Source of the DNA: Azolla caroliniana
Taxonomy: Eukaryota; Plantae; Polypodiophyta
DNA length: 64,000 bases
Assembly (NCBI GenBank): GCA_043228905.1
Contig: JBHGNT010000003.1
Span: 11,780,001-11,844,000, forward strand
Direction of reading: 5' to 3'
Shown here: positions 38,101 to 52,212 of the stretch, piece by piece
Layout: each line of letters opens with the position of its first letter
How positions within the stretch are numbered: position 1 is the first letter of the stretch
Notes under the pieces: generated by a model
Seen by the model: only the letters and a program-made list of their open reading frames with translations
What the model was told of the DNA's origin: nothing
Databases searched by the model: none
Translations under genes and position numbers: made by a program

Positions 38101-41100
38101 ATTCAGTGCGTAATGACGTTGGTTGATTAGTATGCCTTCGGGGGTGCAGATCACTTCGATCCCGAGGAAGTAATGAAGGTCCCCCAGGTCCTTCATGTCG
38201 AATGATGCCGCAAGGTGGAGCTTCACGCGGTCGATTTCACCTAGGTCGGCGCTGGTGATGACCAAGTCATCAACATATAGTAAAATACTTACGGGACCGA
38301 GTCGACCTTTCCGAATGAATAGGGAAGAGTCTGATTTTGACGTTGCAAAGCCCATCCGACGCAGTTGTTGCGTGATCTTCGTGTTCCAGGCACGCGGGGC
38401 TTGCTTCAATTCGCAAAGGAACTTCTTCAATCGGCACACTGTCGACGTGTTCGTTCCGGAGTGAAACCAGGGGGGTTGTACCATGTACACTTGTTCCTCA
38501 AGCCCACCTTGTAGGAACGCATTCTATACGTCCATCTGATGTAAGTGCCACCCCTTTGCCGTAGCTACCGCAAGCAAAACACGGACGGTCGTCATCTTCG
38601 CGACCGGCGCAAACGTCTCATCGTAGTTGATGCCGTGTTTTTACGCGTAGCCTTTCGCTACTAACCGGGCCTTGTATCAGTTGACCGAGCCGTCGGTGTT
38701 GCACTTGACCTTGTACACCCACCTATATCCGATCGGCTTCACACCCTTCGGTGCGTCAACCAGGTCCCAGGTCTCGTTTTCGGCCAATGCGTGCATCTCT
38801 TCCTCCATTGCGGTGCGTCAATTCGCGTCCTTAGTCGCTTCTGCGTAGGTCTCCGGCTTACGCACTTCCGCTACACGGGTCATGTACGCATAATGTTGTG
38901 CCATGTACTCGTTGTATCTGAACCGAACAACTGGGTTCTTCTGGCGGGTAGATCGGCGTAATCGGTCATTAGCCGATGTCGAGGTCTTCTCGGTTGACGC
39001 GGACTTTGCTCTTGAAGACCCGTCACCGCTTCTCTCGGAGTCGGACTCGCGTCGATCAGGCTCGTTCCTATCCGTGCCGTAATCCGACACCTTCTTCTTC
39101 CCTTTTTCTTTGCGCGTAAGCCGTCTCCTTGGCTTCCAACGCGGGGAATGCATGGCCGTCTCCACTACTCGCCGGTTCTTCATCAGACAGGTCGAACCGA
39201 CTCAGCTGTCCATTCGGTCCACTTAACCAAAGCGAAACTGGACTCTCTTCGCCGGTCCTGATTTTAGGCTCATCCGGAGGCATCTCAGCCTCGCTGACCT
39301 CATCGTCAGACCTCGGATTGGAGGTGAGGTCCGGAGTCGGAGGCAAGTACCAGGACGTGGACTCGTCAAACACAACGTCGCGGCTCACGCGCGTTGGTTT
39401 GGTGCGTGGGTTATAACACTTATAACCCTTCTTCTCGTCTGAGTAGCCGACCAAGATACATTTCTCGGCCTTTGCATCTAGCTTCCTCCGTTTCTCCTTC
39501 GGCACATGCACATACGCAATGCTACTGAAAACTCGTAAGTGTCGTAAGTTCGGCTTCCATCCGAAATACAGCTCATGCGCCGACACATTGTCTCCGATCC
39601 GATTCTGGATGTATACCGCGGTTCGTACCACCTCGCCCAATAGAACTTGGGCAAGCTCTTTTCTTCCAGCATTGCCCGTGCCGCTTCTACAACCGACCGA
39701 TTTTTCCTCTCGGCCACGCCGTTTTGCTCGGGCGTGTATCTACAATTGAATTCGCGCCGAATTCCCATCTCTTGTAGATAACCATTGAATTGACCGGAAA
39801 AGTATTCTTTTCCACCATCCGACCGCAAGCACTTGATCTTTGTTCCTGTTTCTGTTTCCACAAACCCTTTGAGGTCCCGGAAACAGTCGAAGACTTCGCT
39901 CTTCCTCTCAATGAGGTAGATCCATGTGTGCCGCGCGTGTAGTCGTCGATGAAGGAGATGAAATATCGGCTCCTGCCAAGACTAACGTTTTGTGTCGGCC
40001 CCCACACATCGAAGTGTATCAAGTTGAGCTTGTTCCGGCTCCGATTACGCTCGTTGGGGAAAGGAAGTCAGTGTTGCTTCCCAAGCTGGCAGGCATCACA
40101 AATTTGTGCCTTCCGGCCACTAAATTTGGGCAATCCGAACACCACTTGTTTCAATTGCAGGTCTTGAAGCCGCTGGTAGTTGACGTGGCCTATCCGGTTG
40201 TGCCATAAGTCGATGTCTGACTCGACTTTTTGTCCCTTCGTGAACATTGTGGTGCCACCGTCAATAGAGTCGAGGATGAACATCCTCCCATCTCTGCACC
40301 CTTGCGCAATAACACGGCCTTCTTCCTCAATGAAGCACCCGAGGTGTGTAAACCGAACCTGCATCCCTTGGTCGACGATCTGCCCAACCGACACCAGATT
40401 CTTTGTGATGGTCGGGACATGTAACACGTTCATAAGTTTCCCTTTCTGCCCGACATGGCTCAAGGGAACTTCACCGACATTCGCGATCGGATGACGAGTG
40501 TCGTCTCTAGTTGCTACTACCCCTGGTTGTGTCGGTTTCTCAAGGTATGAGAACCACTCCTCGTGGCACGTCATGTGGTTTGACGCGCTGAAGTCGACGT
40601 ACCACACCTCGTCCGGTTTCTAGGTGTTCTGCTTCGTTGAGTTTGCTCCGTGTCTCGTCACGAAGGCAGACCCTTTTCCGGCTTTTCCGGATCTTTCGGC
40701 GTAGTACAATCGGTGCCAGTTTCCTTTGTCGATATGTCCGGAACCAGATCCAAAACTGGTCCTTTCCGACTCGGCTCTCTTTTTCCAGCACTCGCTCTCC
40801 CTGTGGCCTTTCTTGCCACAGTACCAGCATTCCGCGGCGGATTTCCCTTGTCGGTTCTCATCGCCTCAACTCCCCCTGTTTCTGGAGGGTTCGGAACTAC
40901 TGTTGGCATCACTTCGGTGCCTTCTTCCTTGACCTCGTTGGCTGCCTCCATTGCGTACCGACTCGCCTCGTCCGCCACGACCACGGGTCCTATCTCCCTC
41001 CGTGTACAACATCTTGTTGTAGGCATGCGTGCTTGTCGACGCACTCGCGTGGTTCTCCTCTATAAGGAGCATCGATTGTAAGTCGAAAAACGACAGCATA

Positions 41101-42660
41101 TTCTCCCGTGTACACATAGCAGTTCGGAACGTTCCGAACTTTGACGCCAAACCCCCGAGACAGACCTGGACCATCTCGCTTTCGTCGATGTTCACATCAA
41201 TGAAAGCTAAGGAGTCGCAGATGTCCTTCATCTTCGAGGTATAGTCAGCCACTGACAAATCGCGTTGTTGTAGGTTGCTCAACTCCTATGGGAGCTGAAG
41301 CATTAAGTTGTTCCAGAAAAGAAAACCATCTCGAAACATAAATTGGTCTTGACTATTCCGTACCTCCTTTATGGTTGATTTGTTGACTCAATTCTTCTTA
41401 ATTTCTTTTGAAAATTTATTAGTGGTAGTATCTATGGCTATTGCGTTGAGTAATGATTCATCCACACCCATATATGCTGCAAAGAGTTGAATTTGATGTG
41501 GTTGTAGGAGACAACATGATTGTTGATTGTAGGTCTCATCTCCTAGTCGGATTTCGAATCCGAACGCCGAGATAGGGCATCGGCTTTACAATGTTGGGCA
41601 CCGGGATGAAAAACAATTTCAAAGTCGTAGTCAGCCAAGAAGGTTGACCATCGCGCTTGCCTCCGGTTCAAAATGCAAGTAGTGGTGAAGTAGACGAGGT
41701 TCCTGTGATCGGTCACCACCTAGACACAGTGTTGGGTGCCTACTAAATAAGGACGCCATTCTTCAAAGGCTGCAATACTGGCAGAGAGTTCTTTGTAATA
41801 AACTAGGTAGTTGATCTCGGGAGGTGTGAACTTCCGAGAATAAAAGGTAACAGAATGAAGAATCCCATTGTTATCTGATTGAGAGAGAATGGCACCGATG
41901 GTGAAGTCCGAGGCATCATTTTCGATTGTAAATGGTTTGGTTAGATCTGGGTGTAGAAGTATCGAAGCCTAGGTAAAAGCTTTCTTTAGTGTCTCGATTA
42001 CTAGTTGGGTTGTAGGAGTCTAGCAAAAAGGGGAATCCTTCCGAGTGAGTGTTATAAGTGGTTGCGCCAATGTAGAGAATCCTTTAATGAATCGACGATA
42101 GAAGTTGGTAAAACCCAAAAATGATTGCACATCCTTGACCCTAGTGGGGACTTCCCACTCTCGAACCGTTTCAACTTTCTTCTCGTCCATACTGAGATCA
42201 TCAGATGAAATCACATACCCAAGGAATTCAACTAAGGTTTGATCAAACTCACACTTCTCGGGTTTTGCATAAAATTCATGTTCCCGAAGTTTGGACAAGA
42301 TAAGTCGAACGTGCTTGGTGTGCTCTATGTAGTCATGTGAGAAGATAAGTATGTCGTCGAGATAGATGGCCACAAATTGGTCTAGATATTCTCGGAAGAT
42401 GTTATTCATCATATGCTGGAAAACAGCAGGAGCATTTGTGAGACAAATGGCATTACCATGTATTCAAAATAGCCATACCTGGTTTGAAATGTCGTTTTCT
42501 ACTCATCTCCAGGCTTGATATGCACCATGTTGTAGGCACCTCTGAGATCGATTTTGGAGAACATACTGCCAGCCCGAAGTCGATCGAGGAGTTCGGGGAT
42601 TAGAAGTATTGGATAGCGGTTTCGACCAATGACTCGATTGAGCCCGAGATAGTCAATACA
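35143..42660 (-). mobile_element. Element D: Tcn1-like chromovirus, 5'-truncated, interrupted by Copia C1
   Basis: RT (IYLDDILIFS 42020-42412), RH ([21 protein letters not shown]), INT (ISDRGPQF), canonical chromodomain EYEVETIVDSRK..YLVLWKGY..ATWEP at ~35400-35580, PPT AAGGGGAGGA, LTR 35143-35368. Confidence 0.85.
36328..41301 (-). mobile_element. Copia C1, 5'-truncated
   Basis: 3' LTR ~36328-36804 with internal tandem repeats, PPT 36805-36815, RT/RH ORF 36799-38490 (YVDDL, YTDANW), INT, PR, gag zinc knuckle; homologous to C2. Confidence 0.93.
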
Positions 42661-43419
42661 TCGGGATTCTGGACCGGAAGGATTTAGGGCTTAACGCTTA
42701 ATGCACTTTAAGCTTAAAGACGAGAGATTTCCCTCTAATAAGAGTAAATTGGTAGTATAAGAGATCGAATAATAGTTAATTACATTTATGCATAAGCAAA
42801 TTTTCGAGTAGGAGATTATGCGAGATTGAATAATACTTAATTATTCTTATGAGTAAGAAGTCTTAGAGTAAGCAAGCATGAATAACACTTAATTTTACTT
42901 ATACATAAGAAAAGTTTAAAGAAAGAGATCATGAGAGAGGAAACATATTACTAAATCATCACTATAATGGATCTATTTTGTTACATGATTTTTTTTTTCT
43001 ATCCCTATTTAGGGTATAAGAGTATGAGAGAGGAAACATAAATATTTTCTTCTTCAAATCCCCCTCCTCCCTTCTTCTTAAAATAAACTCTTATTTATAG
43101 GTTTAGGATTGCTTGCTTCCTTCCTTTCTTTCATTTTCCCAAAAGTTTCTCTATATGAGTCGAGTTTTCTTTTTATCGCTATTTCTGTTCTGTAACGTCA
43201 AATCTGACATGCAAGATACTCTTAGACAGCTATTTCTATTAGCTTTTTTATGCATCATTCCTTTTCTAATTTGGACATTGGACGAGGAAATTAGGAGCTT
43301 TTTACTCAACCTTGCTCCTCATATCCACGGCTAGCTTTTCTTTTCCTATCTTTTTCTCTATTTTTGTTTACTTTCGAAAACCGCTTCTAACTTTTTATCT
43401 TTTCATTTATTACTATAGT
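42661..43419 (-). repeat. Distal part of the H1 LTR (split by B2 insertion), with short degenerate tandem repeats
   Basis: Contiguous with 57943-58028 across the ATAGT TSD. Confidence 0.6.
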
Positions 43420-43862
43420 TATTGTCCGCCAGAATAGTAACCGACGAACAAGCGCGTAGGAATAGGAAATAATATAAGATCATAACGCATTTAACGGTTC
43501 ACGCAGGAAGCGTGAACGGCTAAATAGACCCTACGTATATAAAGGGCAGAAAACCTCTGATAGAGGTAGCGTGTATTTTGGAATGTAAAGAAGCATATCA
43601 TAATAGAATTCTATCTTCTCTGAAAGTCTGTGTATAGCTACGGCTAATCTACTGTGTGTCTGGAATACCTGAGCGTGTAAGAACGTGAGTGTAATCACTA
43701 ATAAGGAGTCGGTTGTAGCCGTCTCCCTTATACGTTGATAGGTTACAAGGGAACATTCCCCTACACATTACGCATATATGCCACCATTCATTGTTCCACA
43801 ATCACTTGGAGATCTAGGTCGAAGGACTGACCGCAGACCGTGTTCCTAATCGGTAACACTTT

Positions 43863-43880
43863 TGGCACGCCCGGTGGGAC
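43863..43880 (+). promoter_or_regulatory. PBS, tRNA-Arg (probably UCU)
   Basis: TGGCACGCCCGGTGGGAC, 4 nt after LTR end; Arg-type PBS as known from Tat/Ogre-related elements. Confidence 0.85.
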
Positions 43881-44146
43881 GTGTCTTCTCATAGACAAAC
43901 AACGACGAAGGGATGTTTAGTCGCAAATGCCCCAGAGAACCAACATGACAAGACCGGCCAATCACAAGGTCTGTCACACGTCAGGCAAAGGAACGCGCAC
44001 GACAAAAGCCTCGCCTCAGCGACCTCAGTACTACCTGTCGTGATTACAAAGGTGATTCTTCACTCTCCAAATACCTCAACGATACGTAGGGAGCACACTC
44101 ACCTCAGCCACCCTGTGGTCTTTCCTGACCCACAATAGCCCCCAGC

Positions 44147-46335
44147 ATGGCCTTTGCTTATCCCCGCTTTAACGGCGAAACCGACGCCGCAACCCATATT
44201 CGCATGTTCCTTAATGTATGGAATGCGAACCACATGGCGTAGAGCCTTTCGAAGGTGGTAGCGCATCAGTCAAAAATGACGGAGTTCGGGTTAACATTGG
44301 ATGGGCGAGCGGCGTTTTGGCATTCACAGATGGATTTACCAACCATCACAACCTTTGATCAGCTGTAGTCCGCTTTCTTGCGGTTCTTCCATCGAAGGGT
44401 TCCACAACACGAAATCCTCGAACAGTCCTACACGATTAAGCAATTGCCGACCGAGACGATCACAGACTTCAGCTTACGTTTCCAAAATTTACGGCGGAAA
44501 CTAGAACGGAGCCCCACGAAGGACGAGGCGCGAGAGACATTTCTAGCAGCGTTACGCCGACCCATACGGGCAACGCTCAACAACAATAGTGTGAAAGGGG
44601 AAACGGTGGATATGGTCATTGAACGAGCATTACAAGTCGAGCTGGACGAGGAGGAGGAATTTTCTATGTCCTCCTTACGACAAGCGTTACCCCAAGACGA
44701 GGAACGCCAGTTTCGTCAAGCGATTCAGTGCATGATTTGCTTGAATTCGGGGCATTCCGCAGTGGAGTGCAACATGCGAATCCACTGCCCAATCTACCAC
44801 TCTAAGGCTCACACAGTCGAGCAATGCGAATACAATATGTTGAACAAAGCCGCTCCCACAGTTCGCAGCATGGACACACAGCGTCCCCCACACCGTACTG
44901 AACAAAGGAGGCACGAAGACCGACCATGGTACATGGAGCGCAACCCACGTGATGATCGGCACCACCGGAATCGCCGAAATAACGACTTCGAGGAAGACGA
45001 ACCAGAGGATGAGGATTATCGTGGACATTCGAGTTATGCTAAAGGGGGCCGGCGCTATGAGAATCACTGGCCGACAAACAAACATGGGGGCTTCAACGGT
45101 TATCGTGGGAAGTCGCGGCAATATCGAGATCACCGGCGTTACGACGAAAGCTCGGGAGATGAGCGACACCAAGAACCATGACGGGACCAACAGCAACCAC
45201 CGCATGCGTTCCGACAACCAAGGCCGGACCGTGAGGAGCAAGTTGCACCTGGGGATCGGCACACTCCACTAGGAGCCGAGAAGGGCGAATCAAGTATCCA
45301 TTGTTTTATTTGTCAGCAGCTCGAACATTATGCCACGCAATGCCCAACACGCAAGGGCAAGGGGCCCGCCATCAATACGATTACGGCGGAAGTACAGCAA
45401 GTCATGACATGCCAGCAAACAAAAATGGTTGATTGGGATGCACAAGATGAGATACGACGACAAGCCCATGCATGGGTGGAAAAAGCCAACACGATCAATA
45501 CAGAGCGCATGCGGAGGGAGTCTGCGAATGCGAGGGAGCGAGCAGCGGACGAAGGACTGGTTCCAGACCCCATTTGGTAGGCATTAGCGGGCTGTGAAAT
45601 AACGTTAACCATGGAGAAACTATTGTAGTTAGTCCCACGCTTCTGCCAGACCATGGAAGAACGGGTGACGGGCATACCCAGGGTGAGCGTCGCTACAAAC
45701 CCTACAGACGTTAGCGACGGCCCGCCTGTAGTGGATCACGACAACCCGGCTATTACATTAATATTACACGGACAGGAAATTCCTGGATGCGTAATCGATG
45801 GCGGCTCAGGCGTCAATATAATTAGCGCGAAAACTTGCGAACAGTTAGGCATTTCAGAATGGGAGGCTTGCCCATTCTGGCTCCGAATGGTAGATACCTG
45901 CTCAGTACGACCATTGGGGTTAACTCACAAGATAGGCATTATCGTGGGCGGACATCGTTTCGACATCTCGGCGGTCTTCCTTGCCTTGGACGCCCCAGGG
46001 GCGTACCCAGTGCTTCTGGGCAGACCATGGCTTCGGGCAGCAAATATCAAGCAGAGCTGGCAACACAAGTGTATCAGTTTCCGACACGGGCACACTAAGG
46101 TTCGCGTACCTACGGAAGGAAGCACACCACAACCCAAGGGTATAACACCATTATACACAAAAGATATAAATATGTTGGTTGGGGTGGAGGATGCAGAATT
46201 AGAGGCATACCTAGATGAGCACCCTCGGATCATTCCGCAGAATATGCCACGACCACTATTCTCCACGATGAGGCTTACGAACCAAACCTAGAGTCCATAT
46301 TGGAGCTCAGCAGAGCACGGGCGGCATTCGAAAGG
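44147..46335 (+). pseudogene. gag: B2 gag and protease
   Basis: MAFAYPRF..; CMICLNSGHSAVEC; CPIYHSKAHTVEQC; IDGGSGVN. Confidence 0.88.
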
Positions 46336-49300
46336 TGTAGAAAGTAGCGTGCGGAAGCAAGTATGAAGACAAAACAGAGGAAGGAAACTCAGGTTCAATG
46401 GAGAGCTTAGGCTTACACGGTATACGCGGGAGAGACAAAGAGAGAAACACAAAAAACTATATTCAACAATAATACTCAATCTCTGTACATAAGACGTGCT
46501 CAATGAGCACTTTTATACAAGTCCTAGAAGGACTGACCGAAGTACTGACAGTACTTCAATGCTCATCAAGAGCCCCTACACTAACTCCCAAATATATTCC
46601 TCACAGAATATCTTTCCTAACGACCTCCCGATGTATGCACTCGGCCTAACCGATCGGTCCCAACCGATCCGGTCCTCGGCTTCTTCAGCCGATCCGGCCG
46701 ATGTTGAGCTTGTCTCTCAACACTCCCCCTCAACCTCAACTTTGAGGCTCTTCGGGATCTTCACAGCACCGGTTCCTCCTGGCTTCTCGCCTCGCTCGCA
46801 CTCCTCGACCTGTTCGACTCCGCGCGCTTCGACCCTTCCGGTCGGCTTGTCTGCTCATGTGGCCCTCATCAGCTCTTCTGCTGTTGCGGTGTTGATGCTT
46901 CTTCTACTGCCTTTTCTTCCGCTTGGGCCTCAGTTGATTCAGCGTGTCTGAATCAAACATCCGAACCGACTCGGCTACCTCCGATCAGTCTTTGCTCTCG
47001 TCCGAGTTGGCTGTCTCCAACTCATCTTCGGTCTTCTCGCCCTCGATGACATCATCTTCCTCATGCGTGGTTGGCTTCGGCTCTCTCCTTCGGTTGCTCC
47101 CCTTCTATCTGCTTCCGAACTTTTCTGCGGGTCCACCCTCAGCTTCTTCAGCCGATCCGTCTTCAACCGAGTCAAGAAACGAGTCAACCGACTCGGTGTC
47201 ATGGTCACCGCTCCTTTCCTGCTGCCTTGCTTGGTCGTTCGGGATTGTTCTCCCCCTCAAGTTTGGCACGTCGAGGTGACGCAACCCGAGCGCACCTGAG
47301 AATTGCCGCAACTTGTCCAGACCAAGAGGCTTTGTGAAGATGTCGGCAGTCTACCGATCCGTCAGAACGTACTGAAGTTCGACTTCACCGGAAAGGACAC
47401 GCTCACGGACGAAATGGTAGTGCTTGGTCCGTGCATGGAAAACGGGGTTGGTCGCGAGCTGGATGCTGCTGAGGTTGTCGCAGTAGATCGTCGTCAGATC
47501 TGACACCTCCTCTTGCAGGTCCTTAAGTAGCCGCTTCAACCATATGGCTTCGCATGTCGCGACAGCCGCTCCTCGGTACTCAGCTTTGGTGCTCGACAGT
47601 GCAACTGTCGGCTGCTTCTTACTGCTCCACGCGATCGCGGCACTCCGTAGGGAGAACGCGTATCCAGACGTGGATCGGCGATCGGCGGCGTTGCCAGCCC
47701 AATCAGCATCGGTGTAGCCGACTAACTGCGCGGCTGCACCGGTCCGGTATAGCAGTCCCCGGTCCTTAGTGCCGTTGACATACCGAAGTATGCGTTGCGC
47801 ACACTGAAGGTGCTCCTCGGTAGGTTGCGCCATGAACTGACTGATCACCCCGACCGGATAACTGAGGTCAGGTCAGGTGATGGTCAAGTATATAAGGCTT
47901 CCGACAATTTGTCGGAACCTCGTCGGGTCGCATACCTTTCCCGTATCGGGACGAAGCCTCACGGTTCTATCCAGAGGAGTCGAGACGGACTTACAATCGG
48001 CCATACCGAATTTGAAGAGCATACTCAGCACGTAGTGACGTTGGTTGATCAATAGGCCTTCGGGGGTACGGATCACTTCGATCCCGAGGAAGTAATGAAG
48101 GTCCCCCAGATCCTTCATGTCGAACTATGCCGCAAGTTGGAGCTTCACGCGGTCGATTTCACCTAGGTTGGCGCCGATGATGACCAAGTCATCAACATAC
48201 AATAAAATACTAACCAGTCCAAGTCGACCTTTCCGGATGAACAGGGAAGAGTCCGATTTTGACGTGACGAAGCCCATCCGATGCAGTTGTTGCGTGATCT
48301 TCGCGTTCCAGGCACGCAGGGCTTGCTTCAGTCCGTAAAGGGACTTCTTCAGTCGGCATACTGCCGAGGAGTTCGTTCTAGAGTGAAATCCGGGGGGCTG
48401 TACCATGTACACCAGTAAAATACTAACCGGTCCAAGTCGACCTTTCCGGATGAACAGGGAAGAGTCCGATTTTGACGTGACGAAGCCCATCCGATGCAGT
48501 TGTTGCGTGATCTTCGCGTTCCAGGCACGCAGGGCTTGCTTCAGTCCGTAAAGGGACTTCTTCAGTCGGCATACTGCCGAAGAGTTCGTTCTAGAGTGAA
48601 ATCCGGGGGGCTGTACCATGTACACCTGTTCCTCAAGGTCACCTTGCAGGAACGCATTCTTTACATCCATATGATGTAAGTGCCACCCCTTGGCCGTGGC
48701 TACTGCGAGCAAAACACGGACGGTCGTCATTTTTGCAACCGGCGCAAACGTCTCATCGTAGTCGATACCGTGTTTCTGCGCGTAGCCCTTTGCCACTAGC
48801 CGAGCCTTGTACCGGTTGACCGAGCCATCGGTGTTGTACTTGACTTTGTACACCCATCTACACCCGATCGACTTCACACCCTTCGGTGCGTCAACCAGGT
48901 CCTAGGTCTCGTTCTCCGCCAATGCGTGCACCTCTTCCTCCATCGCGGCACGCCAATTCGCGTCTTTAGCCGCTTCTACGTAGCTCTCCGGCTCACGCAC
49001 TTCCGCTACACGGGTCATGTACGCATAATGATGCGCCATGTACTCGTTGTATCCGAACCGCACAACTGGGTTCTTCTGGCGGGTAGATCGGCGTAATCTC
49101 ACATTAGCCGATGTCGAGGCCTTCTCGGTCGACACGGTCTTTCTCTTTAAAGACCTGTCACCGGTTCCCTCAGAGTTGGACTCGCGTCGGTCTGACTCGT
49201 TCCTTTCCATGCCGGAATCCGACACCTTCTTCTTCCCTTTCTCCTTGCGTGTAAGCCGTCTCCTCGGCTTCCTGCGCGGGGATTGCACGGCCGAGTCTTC

Positions 49301-52207
49301 ACTACTCGCTGGCTCTTCATCGGACCGGTCGTACCGACTCAGTCGTCCAATCGGTCCACTTAACTGGAGTGAAATCGGACTCTCTTCGCGGGTCTCGATT
49401 TCAGGCTCATTCGGAGGCATCTCGGCCTCACTGACCTCATCGTTAGAGCTCGTATTGGAGTTGGGGTTCCGAGTCGAGGGCAGGTACCAGGACGCGGACT
49501 CGTCAAACACAACGTCGTGGCTGACACGCGCTTGTTTGGTGCGAGGGTTATAGCACTTATAACCCTTCTGCTCGTCCGAGTAACCGACCAAGATGCACCT
49601 CGGCTTATGGGTCCAGCTTCCTCCTTTTCTCCTTCGGTACATGCACATACGCAATGCTACCGAACACCCTCAAGTGTCGCAAGTTCGGCTTCGTTCCGAA
49701 ATATAGTTCGTGCGCCGACACTTTGTCTCCAATCCGGTTCTGGATGTATACCGCGGTCCTTACCGCCTCGGCCCAGTAGAACTTGGGCAAGCTCTTCTCC
49801 TCCAGCATTGCCCGTGCCGCTTCCACAACTGACCGATTCTTTCTCTCGGCCACGCCGTTCTGCTCTGGCGTGTATCTACAACTGAATTCGCGCCGAATTC
49901 CCATTTGTTGTAGGTAACCGTTGAATTGACCGGAAAAGTACTCTTTCCCCCATCCGACCGTAGACACTTGATCTTTCGTCCCGTTTTGGCTTCCACGAAC
50001 CCTTTGAGGTCCCGGAAACAGTCGAAGACTTTGCTCTTCCTCTCAATGAGGTAGATCCATGTGTGCCGCGTGTGGTCGTCGATGAAGGAGACGAAATATC
50101 GGCTCCCGCCAAGACTAACGTTTTGTGCCGGCCCCCACACATCCGAGTGTATAAGGTCGAGCTTGTTCCAGCTCCGATTTCGCTCGTTGGGGAAGGGAAG
50201 TCGGTGTTGCTTCCCGAGCTGGCAGGCTTCACAAATTTGTGCCTTTCTGCCACTAAACTTGGGCAATCCGAACACTACCTTTTTCGATTGTAGATCTTGA
50301 AGCCGCTGGTGGTTGACGTGGCCTATCCGCTTGTGCCACAAGTCGATGTCCGACTCGGTCTTTTGTCCCTTCGCGAACATTGCGGTGCCGCCGTCAGTGG
50401 AGTCGAGGATGAACATCCTCCCGTCTTTGCACCCTTGCGCAATCACATGGCCTTCTTCCTCAATGAAGCACTCGAGGTGTGTAAACCGAACCTCCATCCC
50501 TTGGTCGACGATCTGTCTGACCGAGACCAAGTTCTTCGTGATTGTCGGAACGTGCAGCACGTTCTTGAGTTTCCTTTTCTGCCCGACATGGCTAAGGGGA
50601 ACTTCTCCGACATTCGCGATCGGATGCGGAGTGTCGTCTCCTGTTGCGACTACTCCAGGTTGTATCGGTTTTTCAAGGTACGAGAACCACTCCTTATGGC
50701 TCGTCATGTGGTTTGACGCGCCGGAGTCTACGTACCACACCTCGTCCGATCTCGGGGTGCTCTGTTTCATTGAGTTTGCTTTGTGTCTCGTCATGAAGAC
50801 AGACCCTTCTCCGACTCTCCCAGAGTCTTCGGCGTAGTGCAATCGTTGCCGATTTCCCTTGTCGGTATGTCTGGAGCCGTTCCCGGAACCAGTTCTCTCC
50901 GAATCGGCGCGCTTCTTCCAGCACTCACTTTCCCTGTGGCCTTTCTTGCCACAGTACCAGCACTCCGCGATGGCCTTCCCTTGCCGGTTCTCATCGCTTC
51001 GACTCCCCTTGTTTCCGGAGGGTCCGGAGTTGCTGTCGGCATCACTTGGGTGCCTTCTTCCTTGATCACGTCGGCCGCCTCCATTGCGCGCCGACTCGCC
51101 TCGTCCGCCACGACCACGGGGCCTTTCTCCCTCCGTGTACAACATCTTGCGGTCGGTGTGCGTGCTCGTCGACACACCCGCGTGGTTCTCCTCTACCAGG
51201 AGCATCGACTGTAAGTCGAAAAAGGACGGTGTATTCTCCCGGGTACACACAGCCGTTCGGAACGCTCCGAACTTCGACGCCAAACCTTCGAGACAGATCT
51301 GGACCATCTCGCTCTCCTCGATGTTCACCTCTATGGAGGCGAGGGAGTCGCAGATATCCTTGATCTTCGAGGTATAGTCTGCCACCGACAAGTCACGTTG
51401 TCGTAGGTTGCTCAACTCCTGTCGGAGCTCAAGCTTCCTAGCTATGGTGCTCGCGGCGAAAATCTTCTTCAGATTTTCCCACGCACCCTTCGGCGTCTTT
51501 GCATCCCGAACATAGCTGAATAGTTGTTCGCCCACACACGACGCGAAGCAGTATAGTACCCTGCTCATTGATTGCTCCGACGACGGGAAGTCTCTGTGTG
51601 TCGATTCGGGTGCTGCATCATTAGCTCCTTCGACATAACTCCAGTAGCCGTGCCCGAGCAGGTACTAGTGAATCTTGTAGGACCAAGACGCGTAGTTGGT
51701 TCTGTCGAGCTTCTCTGTTGGAAGCGAGCTCGCCATGCCTCTATCCATCGTTCTTCTTGTTCTTCTTCGTCAAGCTGTGTCAGCTGCAGAGAGGTTCTCA
51801 ACCCTCGCACTCTGATAGCATGTAGAAAGTAGCGTGCGGAAGCAAGTATGAAGACAAAACAGAGGAAGGAAACTCAGGTTCAATGGAGAGCTTAGGCTTA
51901 CACGGTATGCGCGGGAGAGACAGAGAGAGAAACACAAAAAACTATATTCAACAATAATACTCAATCTTTGTACATAAGACGTGCTCAGTGAGCACTTTTA
52001 TACAAGTCCTAGAAGGACTGACCGAAGTACTGACAGTACTTCAATGCTCATCAAGAGCCCCTACACTAACTCCCAAATATATTCCTCACGGAATATCTTT
52101 CCTAACGACCTCCCGGTATATGCACTCGGCCTAACCGATCAGTCCCAACCGATCCGGTCCTCGGCTTCTTCAGCCGATCCGGCCGATGTTGAGCTTGTCT
52201 CTCAACA
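46336..52207 (-). mobile_element. Copia C2, full length, youngest element in the window
   Basis: 387-bp LTRs 46336-46722 and 51821-52207 (about 8 differences by eye), TSD AAAGG, iMet-like PBS, PPT 46723-46733, gag-PR(VDSGAS)-INT-RT-RH. Confidence 0.98.
48200..48625 (-). repeat. In-frame 213-bp (71 aa) tandem duplication within C2 RT
   Basis: [15 protein letters not shown] occurs twice in ORF 48125-48877. Confidence 0.95.
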
Positions 52208-52212
52208 AAAGG

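Noticed and set aside
50297-51377. Antisense ORFs shared by C1 and C2
   Set aside because: Shadows of a GC-rich gag-pol frame; similarity is explained by the sense ORF.
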